Source of the DNA: Macrostomum lignano
Lineage: Eukaryota
NCBI GenBank assembly: GCA_002269645.1
Contig: NIVC01000168.1
Location: 186,001-250,000, forward strand
DNA length: 64,000 nt
Direction: 5' to 3'
Both the position numbers and the translations under genes were made by a program. The notes under the pieces were generated by a model. That model was not told the DNA's origin. It worked only from the letters and a program-made list of their open reading frames with translations, and made no database searches. Below are positions 36,127 to 47,859 of the stretch, one piece after another. How positions within the stretch are numbered: the stretch's first letter is position 1; every line of letters starts with the position of its first letter.

Positions 36127-39100
36127 TTAGAGTTTATCCAGAGCCAGACGGGCAGACGATCGGCAATGCTGCCTCAGGTGATTCTCGTTGTTAATAGCCT
36201 GATTGCAGCCCCGCCATCGGCATTTTACTCCGCCACCAATATCACCGCAATGCACCCGTTTCAAGTGACTGCTCAAATCTTCGGCGCTAAGAAATGCTAG
36301 AGTACAATTCGACCAATAGCACCGGAAAATATTCGATTTCAGCGTTGGCAACTGGGTGATCGTGACGCAGCCGCGACTGTCCCCAGCAACCAGACACCTG
36401 GCCGACTCGAAGTACTGAACTGAGGTGACGGCATTGCGGCCGGGACTCGCCCACACCACCACATGGGTGCAGCCGTCGGTTGGCACCGACTTGCCCGAAG
36501 CTAGCGAGGCCGGCAGCCGGTGACAACGCACTGAACCATCGGAGCAGCCAAGGAACAGCCAGGTGGATCGAACGCTAACGTGCAAACTTATTAGACGAAT
36601 GTCCGAACTCGGACAGCCGGTTGTGTCCGAACTGAATTGGCTGATTGGCGACTCCCAACGGCCGGATCGAAAAGTTTGCAGGCACCAGGAGGACAGGCAG
36701 AAGGCTATGGAGCCGGGCAGGGGGCAGCGGACCGCAACTGGGGGCGTTGGCTGCTTGATGTTGAACAGCAGTATGCCGCTGCGCTCGTCTCTGGGTTGGC
36801 AGGGGCGGATTTGAGAGTGAAGAGGGCGGATTTGAGAGTGAAGAGGGCGGATTTGAGAGTGAAGAGAGCGGATTTGAGAGTGAAGAGGGCGGATTTGAGA
36901 GTGAAGAGGGCGGATTTGAGAGTGAAGAGGGCGGATTTGAGAGTGAGGAAGGGCGGATTTGAGAGCGAGGAAGGGCGGATTTGAGAGCGAGGAAGGGCGG
37001 ATTTGAGAGTGAGGAAGGGCGGATTTTAGGGTGAAGAAGGGCGGATTTTAGAGTGAGGAAGGGCGGATTTTAGAGTGAGGAAGGGCGGATTTGAGAGTGA
37101 GGAAGGGCGGATTTGAGAGTGAGGAAGGGCGGATTTTAGGGTGAAGAAGGGCGGATTTGAGAGTGAGGAAGGGCGGATTTGAGAGTGAGGAAGGGCGGAT
37201 TTTAGAGTGAGGAAGGGCGGATTTGAGAGTGAGGAAAGGCGGATTTTAGGGTGAAGAAGGGCGGATTTAAGAGTGAGGAAGGGCGGATTTGAGAGTGAGG
37301 AAGGGCGGATTTGAGAGTGAGGAAGGGCGGATTTTAGAGTGAGGAAGGGCGGATTTGAGAGTGAGGAAGGGCGGATTTGAGAGTGAAGAAGGGCGCGTTT
37401 TAGAGTGAAGAAAGGCGGATTTTAGGGTGAAGAAGGGCGGATTTTAGAGTGAAGAGGGCGGATTTTATATTGAAGAGGGCGGATTTTAGATTGAAGAGGG
37501 CGGTTTTTAGATTGAAGAGGGCGGTTTTTAGATTGAAGAGGGCGGTTTTTAGATTGAAGAGGGCGGGTTTTAGAGTGAAGAGGGCGGATTTTAGATTGAA
37601 GAGGGCGGTTTTTAGATTGAAGAGGGCGGTTTTTAGATTGAAGAGGGCGGTTTTTAGATTGAAGAGGGCGGGTTTTAGAGTGAAGAGGGCGGATTTTAGA
37701 GTGAGGAAGGGCGGATTTTAGGGTGAAGAAGGGCGGATTTTAGAGTGAGGAAGGGCGGATTTTAGAGTGAAGAGGGCGGGTTTTAGATTGAAGATGGCGG
37801 GATTAGATTGAAGAGGGCGGGTTTTAGATTGAAGATGGCGGGATTAGATTGAAGAGGGCGGGTTTTAGATTGAAGATGGCGGATTTTAGATTGAAGAGGG
37901 CGGGTTTTAGATTGAAGAGGGCGGTTTTTAGATTGAAGAGGGCGGGTTTTAGATTGAAGAGGGCGGTTTTTAGATTGAAGAAGGCGGGATTAGATTGAAG
38001 AGGGCGGTTTTTAGATTGAAGAAGGCGGGATTAGATTGAAGAGGGCGGATTTTAGATTGAAGAGGGCGGGTTTTAGATTGAAGGCGGCGGATTGAGATTA
38101 AACGGGGTGGACCGAATATTAAAGGGAGCGGATTGCAGATTCAGGGGCGGATTGCAGATTCAGGGGCGGATTGTAGATTCAGGGGCGGATTGTAGATTCA
38201 GGGGCGGATTGTAGATTCAGGGGCGGATTGTAGATTCAGGGGTGGATTGTGGATTCAGGGGTGGATTGTGGATTCAGGGGCGGATTGTAGATTCAGGGGT
38301 GGATTGTGGATTCAGGGGTGGATTGTGGATTCAGGGGCGGATTGTAGATTCAGGGGCGGATTGTAGATTCAGGGGTGGATTGTAGATTCAGGGGCGGATT
38401 GTAGATTCAGGGGCGGATCGTGGATTCAGGGGCGGATCGTGGATTCAGGGGCGGATCGTGGATTCAGGGGCGGAATGTGGATTTAGGGGCGGATTGTGGA
38501 TTCAGGGGCGGATCGTGGATTCAGGGGCGGATTGTAGATTCAGGGGCGGATTGTAGATTCAGGGGCGGATCGTGGATTCAGGGGCGGAATGTGGATTTAG
38601 GGGCGGATTGTGGATTCAGGGGCGGATTGTAGATTCAGGGGCGGATCGTGGATTCAGGGGCGGATCGTGGATTCAGGGGCGGAATGTGGATTTAGGGGCG
38701 GATTGTGGATTCAGGGGCGGACTGTAGATTGAAGGGAGCGAATTGTAGATTGAAGGGAGCGGATTGTAGATTGAAGGGAGCGGATTGTAGATTAAAGGGA
38801 GCGGATTTTAGATCGAAGGAAGCAGATTGTGGATCAGGGGCGGATTGTAGATTCAGGGGCGGATTGTAGATTCAGGGGTGGATTGTAGATTCAGGGGCGG
38901 ATTGTAGATTCAGGGGTGGATTGTAGATTCAGAAGCGGATTGTAGATTCAGGAGCGGATTGTAGATTCATGGGCGGATTGGTTAACAATGAAAATGAGCT
39001 ACACAAAATCAAGTGAAACTCACCGAACAATAATAAGCTTGTCAGTCTGACAGCCAACTAAAGCAACGCGCCTGCCTTCGCAGACGGTCAGCTCCAGGCA

Positions 39101-42100
39101 GGACACCGGTCCGTCGCAGCCAATCCAGCCAGACATAAGTGTGGCGCTATTCAAATCGTACTTGCACACCCGGCCGCTGCCCAGGCCCAGATAGATACAA
39201 TCCCATCGATGACAGGCAGCCCATAGTTGAGCTTCTAGGCTGCTTCGCTTCAACAAATCGCCAGTTCTAGTATTGTGCACAGACAGCACCGCGTCGGAGC
39301 CGCCGCTATAGATTCTAAACACATCGATAGAGCAGCCAAGGTTAGTAACTACCATACAGTTCACCCGGCACTGGCTGCTGGAACTGCCGCCTCGCCGATA
39401 TGTAGTCAAGCATTCGTGAGTCTGCAATGAGAACCGTTTAGCGGTGCCATCGGCCGAGCCGGTGTACAGGAAACCGTTGCTAATTAGGGTGCAAATTATC
39501 TGATCTGAATTGTGCGCCTGAAATTTGCCAGGCAATGCCATTGTACTGGTTGGGGCCGATTCTTCCATTCTGGTGCGCTTTCGTTGCTCGCTTAGACTCA
39601 GGGTGGGTCTGCGCTGGGCGGCTGGGGTTTGAGCTCTGCGGTTGCTGTCGCTGCTGCTGCTGCTGCTGTCGCTGCTGCTGCTCTCGAATCGGCGTCTTTG
39701 TGCGAAATGAAAACCCATGGTTCTTTTTTACCTTATCTTTTTACGCTTATCTCTGCTGTCTACCGCTTATCTCTGCTATCTACCGCTTATCTCTCTGCTG
39801 TCTACTGCTTATCTCTGTTGTCTACCGCTTATCTCTCTGTTGTCTACCGCTTATCTCTGCTGTCTACCGCTTATCTCTGTTGTCTACCGTTTATCTCTCT
39901 CTGTCTACCGCTTATCTCTGCTGTCTACCGCTTATCTCTGCTATCTACCGCTTATCTCTCTGCTGTCTACTGCTTATCTCTCTGCTGTCTACTGCTTATC
40001 TCTGCTGTCTACCGCTTATCTCTGCTGTCTACCGCTTATCTCTCTGCTGTCTACTGCTTATCTCTGCTGTCTACCGCTTATCTCTGTTGTATACCGCTTA
40101 TCTCTGCTGTCTACCGCTTATCTCTGTTGTATACCGCTTATCTCTGCTGTCTACCGCTTATCTCTGTTGTCTACCGCTTATCTCTGCTGTCTACCGCTTA
40201 TCTCTGTTGTCTACCGCTTATCTCTGCTGTCTACCGCTTATCTCTCTGTTGTCTACCGCTTATCTCTGCTGTCTACCGCTTATCTCTCTGTTGTCTACCG
40301 CTTATCTCTCTGTTGTCTACCGCTTTTCTCTGCTGTCTACCGCTTATCTCTGTTGTCTACCGCTTATCTCTCGCTGTCTACCGCTTATCTCTGCTGTCTA
40401 CGGCTTATCTTTGCTGTCTACGGCTTACCTCTGCTGTCTACCGCTTATCTGTGCTGTCTACCGCTATCTCTGTTGTCTACCGCTTATCTCTGATGTCTAC
40501 CGCTTATCTCTGCTGTCTACCGCTTATCTCTGCTGTCTACCGCTTATCTCGGCTGTCTACCGCTTTATCTCTGCTGTCTACCGCTTATCTCTGCTGTCTA
40601 CCGCTATCTCTCTCTGTCTACCGCTTATCTCTCTGTTGTCTACCGCTATCTCTGTTGTCTACCGCTATCTCTGTTGTCTACCGCTTATCTCTGCTGTCTA
40701 CCGCTTATCTCTCTCTGTCTACCGCTTATCTCTGCTGTCTATGGCTTACCTCTGCTGTCTACCGCTTATCTCTGCTGTCTACTGCTATCTTTGTTGTCTA
40801 CCGCTATCTCTGTTGTCTACCGCTTATCTCTATGTTGTCTACCGCTTATCTCTGCTGTCTACCGCTTATCTCTGCTGTCTACTGCTTATCTCACTGAATT
40901 TACCGCTTATCTGTCTGTCTACCGCTTTCCCTAAAAATTACAACTGCTATCCTGGATCACCGATATTTCAAGCACAAAACCGCCGACAAGATCCAGCCAC
41001 TTACCGACTGGAAGATTTGGATGTACCCGCAACACTGGCAACTGCAGCACCAATAGTCGCTGCGGAATCAGAACTTTTATTATTATTATTGTTACTTTTG
41101 AGCTTATTTCTCATATCCAAATCCACCACAATGACGTCATCGGAATCTGCCTCCACTTTAACATTCTTGTCTTTCTGCTTTTTATTTTCTTTTTCGCCAT
41201 TCCTACTAACAGTAGTAGGAATATTAGTTGTACTGCTACTAGTAATATCGGTGGACTTCTCAGATTTAACAACTCCAGCTTGCTGTAAAGAACGAGCAAT
41301 ACAGGCAAACGTTGAGGAGACATTGTTGGTGTCATTCGGTCCAGCAGCTGACGTTCTTGGCCTCTTAGCCGCTGGCTCGTCTGAGTCATCTCCATCATCA
41401 TCATTATTATCGGCAGGAGCATCTCCAGTTGCAGTGGATGAATTAGCCGCTTGAGCAGACAGTCTCTCAGCCACTAGGCGATCCATTTCGGCAAACGTCA
41501 GATCTCTGGACTGCTCGGATCGAATTATACTGCGGATCACTTGTAGAGTGGCTTCGTCTACAGGGGATGAGGCGCTAGCGGAGACTGGGCCAGTGGCGTC
41601 GGAAGAACACGGCTCAGCTGGTGGTGGCGGAAGCGGCGACGGCGGCTGCGCAGGCGGCGGCGTTGGTGGAGCAACTCGAGGTTCAGCTGCAGTTTGCTGT
41701 GGCGAAGCACTGGACGGCCCTGAGACACTTTCTGGAAATGCAAGAACAAATTGTTTAGTTCTGGTACCACTGGGCTGGCCTAGCAACTGAGGCTTTGAGA
41801 GGCTGGCACAGCAACTGAGGATCTGGGAGGCTGGCACAGCAACTGAGGATCTGGGAGGCTGATCCAGCAACTGAGGATCTGGGAGGCTGGTCCAGGAGGC
41901 TGGATCTGGGAAGCTGTGGCATAGCAACTGAGGATCTGGGAGGCTGGCCCAGCAACTGAGGATCTGGGAGGCTGGCCCAGCAACTGAGAATGTGGGAGGC
42001 TGGCCCAGCAACTAAAGATCTGGGAGGCTGGCCCAGCAACTGAGAATGTGGGAGGCTGGCCTAGCAACTAAAGATCTGGGAGGCTGGCCCAGCAACTGAG

Positions 42101-45100
42101 AATGTGGGAGGCTGGCCCAGCAACTAAAGATCTGTGAGGCTGGCCCAGCAACTGAGAATGTGGGAGGCTGGCCCAGCAACTAAAGATTTGGGAGGCTGGC
42201 CCAGCAAATGAGGATCTGAGCAGTTAGCAGTGGATGCATACCACCCTACTGAATCTATTAAATAAAATGTACTATGCAACGACGCATTATCGGTTATAAA
42301 TAAACATGTTTAGATTGTTTCAAAGCGATTGATTTCTATCCCTATATTTAACTCAGTCTTTCCTTTTCAATTTCACTAGTCTGATGAGTGAGAGAACTCA
42401 GAGCTGTAGTTCCAATTAGGCATTAGTCACGAACTGCGTCTTTGCACCTAGGTTTTATCCCTGGATTCCAATTGCATTTGGTTCCTAATTGGGCTATATT
42501 TAACCGACTTAGACACGAGGCTTCGCGGAGAAAATATTAGAGAAACTTTGAAGTAAGACAATATGAAACGCTGATTGGATTGCAACTAGCTCGTACTCGC
42601 AGATAAAATGCATACCAATCCGACGGAATTACACATAGTAACTCGTCTTATACTGAGCCTTTTCTACAGCGGTTGAGCAAAAGTTGGGTGCGAGCCTGTG
42701 TAAAGGAAACTTAAACGTAAGTTTATTCTTCGACCTACTAGTACTAGCTACTATCTGATCTTAGCATCTCTCTCTACTTGTCTCTGTATCTTGCCGGCCT
42801 CTAATCCTGCCGCTTATCTGCGTATCTCGCCGGCCTCTCTTATCTTGCCGCCTCTTTGAACTTGCCACTTGTCTGTGTATTTCGCCGGCCTTTCTTATCT
42901 TGTCGCCTCTTTGATCTTGCCGCTTATCTGTGTATCTCGCCGGCCTCTTTGTTCTTGCCGCTTATCTGTGTATCTCACTGGCCTCTTTGTTCTTGCCGCT
43001 TATCTGTGTATCTCGCCGGCCTCTCTTATCTTGCCGCCTCTTTGAGCTTGCCACTTGTCTGTGTATTTCGCCGGCCTTTCTTATCTTGTCGCCTCTTTGA
43101 TCTTGCCGCTTATCTGTGTATCTCGCCGGCCTCTTTGTTCTTGCCGCTTATCTGTGTATCTCGCCGGCCTCTTTGTTCTTGCCGCTTATCTGTGTATCTC
43201 GCCGGCCTCTTTGTTCTTGCCGCTTATCTGTGTATCTCGCCGGCCTCTTTGTTCTTGCCGCTTATCTGTGTATCTCACCGACCTCTCTTATCTTGCCGCC
43301 TCTTTGATCCTGTCGGCCTCTCATCTTGCCGCATCTTTGCTCTTGCCGCCTGTATCTGATCTGAGCCTCTGATCGTGCTAAATCTGACTTCGAAGATTCT
43401 TAGTCTGATTTTGCTACCCCAGTCAAATAAGCGCTGTTTACGCCATTGCCGTAATCGCCCTCAACGGCACAAGTCTGCAACAAATCATTAATCTGGAACT
43501 TGCAAGTTAAATTAATATATCATAAATTTTATCTCAACAGACAAAACGATGACAAACGACAACAACGGAGATTCTTTCATCAGCACAGTCGCTTACCGGC
43601 AAGAAAATCAAATAAGTTTAACAACAGCATCCACACAGACTGAACAGCAACTATTTGGCACAGATTTCATATCGGTCGGCGGCCTGGCTTTAATATTTGT
43701 GGCACTATTCCTGCTACTATCTTCAGCAGTAGGCATTTTAGTGTATCAATTAGCTAGCCGGGGCCTAATCTGGCGCAGTACTGAAGCCGAGCTCAATCAG
43801 GTCAACCAGCTCTGGTCTCGGCCATCTAGCAGGGCTGGCACAACAATGGGCACTAGGACCACAGCAATGGGCGGTAGTCCTAGCGAAGCTGGCGCAATGC
43901 CAACGTCCCCTAGAAGCAGCCTGAGTGGCGGCAGCGGCAGGCAAAGCGGCGAAGCTTCTGCCACTAATAGCGGCATCGTTGTCCGACGAAACAGCAGCCG
44001 AGTGTCCATTATATCGCCTAGTAGCGTCACTAGCAACAGCAATAGCAACAACAATATTAACAGTACTACTCATAGTAATAGTCCGCAGACATCTATATCC
44101 CCGTCAATTGCGTTGACAAGAGTGGAAAGTTGAGTTACTAAGTGCATCTAATTGCTCAAGTCTTATTATTTTGCAAGTTTCATTTTTTCTCATTAACCTC
44201 AAATTCACAAGCATTGACACAATTGAATCTCATTAAATATAAAGCAAAACATCCCGAAGTCTCGGGTATAACAAAAAATTACCTTTTAAAATTGCCAGTC
44301 GTTTAGACGTCAAATTAGCCTTCTTTTCAGTCAGCTGTAAAATGAATTTTATACTAATGCTTGTAAGCTAAAACAAGAACGAGGAGCACTTGGCAATCTT
44401 AAAAATTAACAATATAATATAGTACAGCAACTGAGGATCTGTGAGGCTGGCCCAGCAACTGAGGATCTGTGAGGCTGGCCCAGCAACTGTGGATCTGGGA
44501 GGCTGGCCCAGCAACTGAGGATCTGGGAGGCTGGTCCAGCAACTGAGGATCTAGGAGGCTGGTCCAGCAACTGAGGATCTGGGAGGCTGGTCCAGCAACT
44601 GAGGATCTGGGAGGCTGGCCCAGCAACTGAGGATCTAGGAGGCTGGTCCAGCAACTGAGGATCTAGGAGGCTGGTCCAGCAACTGAGGAACTGTGAGGCT
44701 GGCCCAGCAACTGAGGATTTGGGAGGCTGGACCAGCAACTGAGGATCTGGGAGGCTGGCCCAGCAACTGAAGACGTGGGATGCTTGCCCATCAAGCTCTG
44801 GGTAGCAACACCCTATGACTGAATGCCATACATATAAACTCACCTGTTTCATAGCAGCCTCCTTATTTTCAAGAGTCTGCTGCATCTCTTGCACCCTGAG
44901 CCGCAGCTCCGCAAGCTCTTGACGCTGACTCTCTAGCTCAGTCTCCAGCTGCTCCTCTTGCAGCGACAATTCCAGGGCTTGCTGCAATCGCTGAACGGCA
45001 AGACTTGGCTGAGGTTTTGACTCCGTTGATCTAGTCTCATCCACTGCTTGATCAGGTGCTTCAGGTGCTAATTCGCCCCCCTGAGGCCCCGCACCAGACG

Positions 45101-46703
45101 TTGAAGCTTGCGATTGCTGCGACGTTGAAGCTGACAGAAGGCTGTTTATTGGCTGAGACATCGGCGCCTGCGACACTGTGTCAGATTCGTCTTCGCCTCT
45201 GGGATCGGGTCGTTTGGATCGCGATGTTCGCGACTGTTGCAATAAAGGGTTCAGCGAGAAATTAGGCGGTGGTCAGAAATAATGGCTTGGGCGCTAAACA
45301 TGCTACTTATCTGCGCTTTTGCTAAATAGTAATATAAGTTTGTTATTATGTACTCTTACTAAAGACTAGCATCTCTCTCTATGGAGAGGTTAGCATCTCT
45401 CTCTATGGGGAGGGTAGCATCTCTCTCTATGGAGAGGGTAGCATCTCTCACTATGGGGAGGGTAGCATCTCTCTCTATAGGGAGGGTAGCATCTCTCACT
45501 ATGGGGAGGGTAGCATCTCTCACTATGGAGAGGGTAGCATCTCTCACTATGGGGAGGGTAGCATCTCTCACTATGGAGAGGGCAGCATCTCTCACCATGG
45601 AGAGGGTAGCATCTCTCTCTATGGGGAGGGTAGCATCTCTCACTATGGGGAGGGTAGCATCTCTCACTATGGGGAGGGTAGCATCTCTCTCTATGGAGAG
45701 GGTAGCATCTCTCTCTATGGGGAGGGTAGCATCTCTCACTATGGAGAGGGCAGCATCTCTCACTATGGAGAGGGTAGCATCTCTCTCTATGGAGAGGGTA
45801 GCATCTCTCACTATGGGGAGGGTAGCATCTCTCACTATGAGGGTAGCATCTCTCACTATGGAGAGGGTAGCATCTCTCTCTATTGGGAGGGTAGCATCTC
45901 TCACTATGGGGAGGGTAGCATCTCTCACTATGAGGAGGGTAGCATCTCTCTATGGAGAGGGTAGCAAAATTCTACTAACACACCTTGCCACCAGCCGCGG
46001 CGCCACTATTAACAACATCCTCCCAGATGCGTCGATCTTTGCGAGTTTTCGCACCGCTATTGGCCAAATCCAACACTCGGACGGCTCGATTCGGCGAATT
46101 CGACATGCCAGAAGTTGTCGGGCCAGCAGTTTCAGTCTGATCAGATGACAAGTGAACTGATGGTCGAATTCGACCGCTGCTAGCACTACTACTAGTAGTT
46201 GGATTAGCTGCAGGTAACGATTGCGCTTCATTTTGCCATGGCTCTACCTGCTGCTGCATTAACTGTGGCGGAGTTGGCAGCAAAGCCCCTGTCTGCTGCT
46301 TCTGTTGTTGCTGATGGTTTTGACGCTGATAAGGACCAGGATATGCTGATGAATGATAAGCAGAACTGTCAATACCATGCTGATGGCCCCAATGTCCATA
46401 TTGCTGTTGTTTTTGTTGTTGTTGATGCTGCTGCTTGTGGCGAGGGGGTCTATATCTGTGATGATGGTTGTTGCCACTACCATGGCCACTGCTGCCACAA
46501 CCAATGTTGCCACCACCACGGCCAATGTTGCCACCACCACGGCCAATGTTGCCACCACCATGGCCAATGTTGCCACCACCATGGCCAATGTTGCCACCAC
46601 CACGGCCAATGTTGCCACCACCATGGCCAATGTTGCCACCACCACGACCACCATTGCCACCATTATGACCACTGCTGCCACCTCTTTGACTATGGGCAGA
46701 CAT
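36127..46703 (-). CDS. ZNF106: ZNF106 (ZFP106) orthologue, ~1074 aa: low-complexity N-terminus, coiled coil, WD40 propeller, two C-terminal C2H2-type fingers; exons 46703-45984, 45233-44844, 44334-44283, 41731-41005, 39695-39024, 36790-36127
   Basis: Phase-compatible GT-AG chain (0,0,1,2,2), 3225 nt. Compared from memory with human ZNF106: ALELSLQEEQL (vs LLNISLREEEL), KQLTEKKANLTSKRLAILK, FLYTGSADGTAKRF, RVNCMVVT, RWDCIYLGLGSG, VRDERSGILL, and FRCYWSNCTLAF...LKCRW-type KCRWRGC. Confidence 0.88.
36803..38985. repeat. G-rich 21-bp to 20-bp minisatellite filling ZNF106 intron 5
   Basis: Unit shifts from GAGGGCGGATTTGAGAGTGAA to GAGGGCGGTTTTTAGATTGAA to GGGGCGGATTGTAGATTCA. Confidence 0.95.
39745..40930. 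repeat. ~20-bp minisatellite TCTCTGCTGTCTACCGCTTA in ZNF106 intron 4
   Basis: Direct inspection; explains ORFs 39535-41454, 39629-40897 and 39717-40493. Confidence 0.95.
41775..42220. repeat. 28-bp dispersed minisatellite family, copy 3 (ZNF106 intron 3)
   Basis: Direct inspection. Confidence 0.93.
42770..43350. repeat. 38-bp minisatellite TTGCCGCTTATCTGTGTATCTCGCCGGCCTCTTTGTTC
   Basis: Direct inspection; shares the CCGCTTATCT core with the intron 4 array. Confidence 0.92.
43549..44133 (+). CDS. Putative single-pass membrane protein (194 aa) nested antisense in ZNF106 intron 3
   Basis: Non-repetitive ATG-to-TGA ORF with one hydrophobic helix (GGLALIFVALFLLLSSAVGILVYQL) and a Ser-rich tail. 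An acceptor TTTTATCTCAACAG lies 8 nt before the ATG, and ATTAAA lies near 44232. Confidence 0.6.
   Translation: MTNDNNGDSFISTVAYRQENQISLTTASTQTEQQLFGTDFISVGGLALIFVALFLLLSSAVGILVYQLASRGLIWRSTEAELNQVNQLWSRPSSRAGTTMGTRTTAMGGSPSEAGAMPTSPRSSLSGGSGRQSGEASATNSGIVVRRNSSRVSIISPSSVTSNSNSNNNINSTTHSNSPQTSISPSIALTRVES
44425..44772. repeat. 28-bp dispersed minisatellite family, copy 4 (ZNF106 intron 2)
   Basis: Direct inspection. Confidence 0.93.
45365..45965. repeat. 27-bp minisatellite AGGGTAGCATCTCTCACTATGGGG/GGAG in ZNF106 intron 1
   Basis: Direct inspection. Confidence 0.95.
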
Positions 46704-47499
46704 TTAACTGCACTGTATTATCATAGTACAAAAACTTTATAAATATTTTAATTTCTTCTTTTGAGGCTTTATGTCCAACTGCAATTGGATTTTAGACAGA
46801 TAATAGTCAGAGATAAAGTGAGAATACAATATCAACTTAGTGTTCTTATTTAATAAAGGTGTAGAATAGCTTAATACTTAACATATCCAACTCTTATAGT
46901 ATAATATATCCAATTTCATGTTTTGAAGGTATCCAACCAATGTTTAAATTCAAACCTAGCAATGTTAACTAGGGGCTTATATGATAAAATTTGGCCTATA
47001 GCTTATGCCACTTCAGATAAAAATAGTTTTGGTTAACTATAAGTTAGCATTAGTGAATTTAAACACCAAAGGGATATTGTTTTTTTAGATTAGGCTTAGA
47101 GCAAGTTTTATTCTGGTTTATATAATGTCTTTAGTGACTCTTCTCTAGATTTTCTATTAATGTATTTATCTTTTTTGGGTTATTTTGATAAAATACTTGA
47201 TTACTTTATCCTTTGTAGAAAGATATTGGCAATCTAGTGCCCCCCTCTGGGATGCCCAGTAAGCAAGGAGCAAAGAATATTCATGGAAATTCATTAAAAA
47301 GCACATGGCACTTTAGACAGGTCCTATTTTAAGAAAGGATCATTGGTATTATCCTCATATTTTGTAGGCTAATTTATGGTTTGCTAATCTAAACTGCAAA
47401 TGCTATGTCTAATTGTCTCATTAGTTGAATTAGACTATTTCTTTTTTAAATGCTATATTCTAAGTTCCTAATAAATTCTTAGATCTTAAAACTTTCTAA

Positions 47500-47710
47500 G
47501 CTTTTAGCAGCCACTTTATTGACAGTTTCCTTTAGCCAATCATCATCAAGTTGCTAAGTTTCATTAGACATCACTTTTTATGCTATTATATATAGGATTG
47601 CCTTTCTGGCATAAAAGGAGACCTTCTTGTTAACCATGGATGTTGCTAGCCTATATACCAATATTCCAATGGAGGCTAGCTTCAAATGTATATAGGTATT
47701 CAAGGAATAT
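47500..47710 (+). mobile_element. Heavily decayed Penelope-like (PLE) reverse transcriptase relic
   Basis: 47509-47580 reads SHFIDSFL*PIIIKLLSFIRHHFL. 47617-47668 reads GDLLV/(+1)TMDVASLYTNIP. Both resemble PLE RT motifs (S.F.D..LQP....LPS.I.D...FL and LVTMDVxSLYTNIP). Confidence 0.65.
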
Positions 47711-47859
47711 CACATTTACTAATGCCTACAATGTACATATCCATCTGATTATATGTCTATACAAGTTAAACCTAAAGAGCAAAAACTTTATTCAAGTTCA
47801 ATGACAAGTAATTTTTGTAAGTAAATGAAATTGCCATAGAGAAATTGTTTTTACATAGC

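Noticed and set aside
39535-41454. 639-aa hydrophobic Cys/Leu ORF
   Set aside because: A 20-bp minisatellite plus antisense of ZNF106 exons.
42640-42695. Candidate ZNF106 exon ARTQLLLNRCRKGS
   Set aside because: No phase-1 donor. The 44334-44283 exon fits both phase and ZNF106 similarity better.
6110-45965. Idea that intronic arrays are always pyrimidine-rich on the sense strand
   Set aside because: Counter-examples: the mucin last intron and ZNF106 intron 4 are purine-rich on the sense strand.
46238-46726. 162-aa ATG ORF with CCHHHGQ repeats, metallothionein-like
   Set aside because: Exact antisense of the 21-bp GGNIG(R/H)G repeat in ZNF106 exon 1; no independent support.
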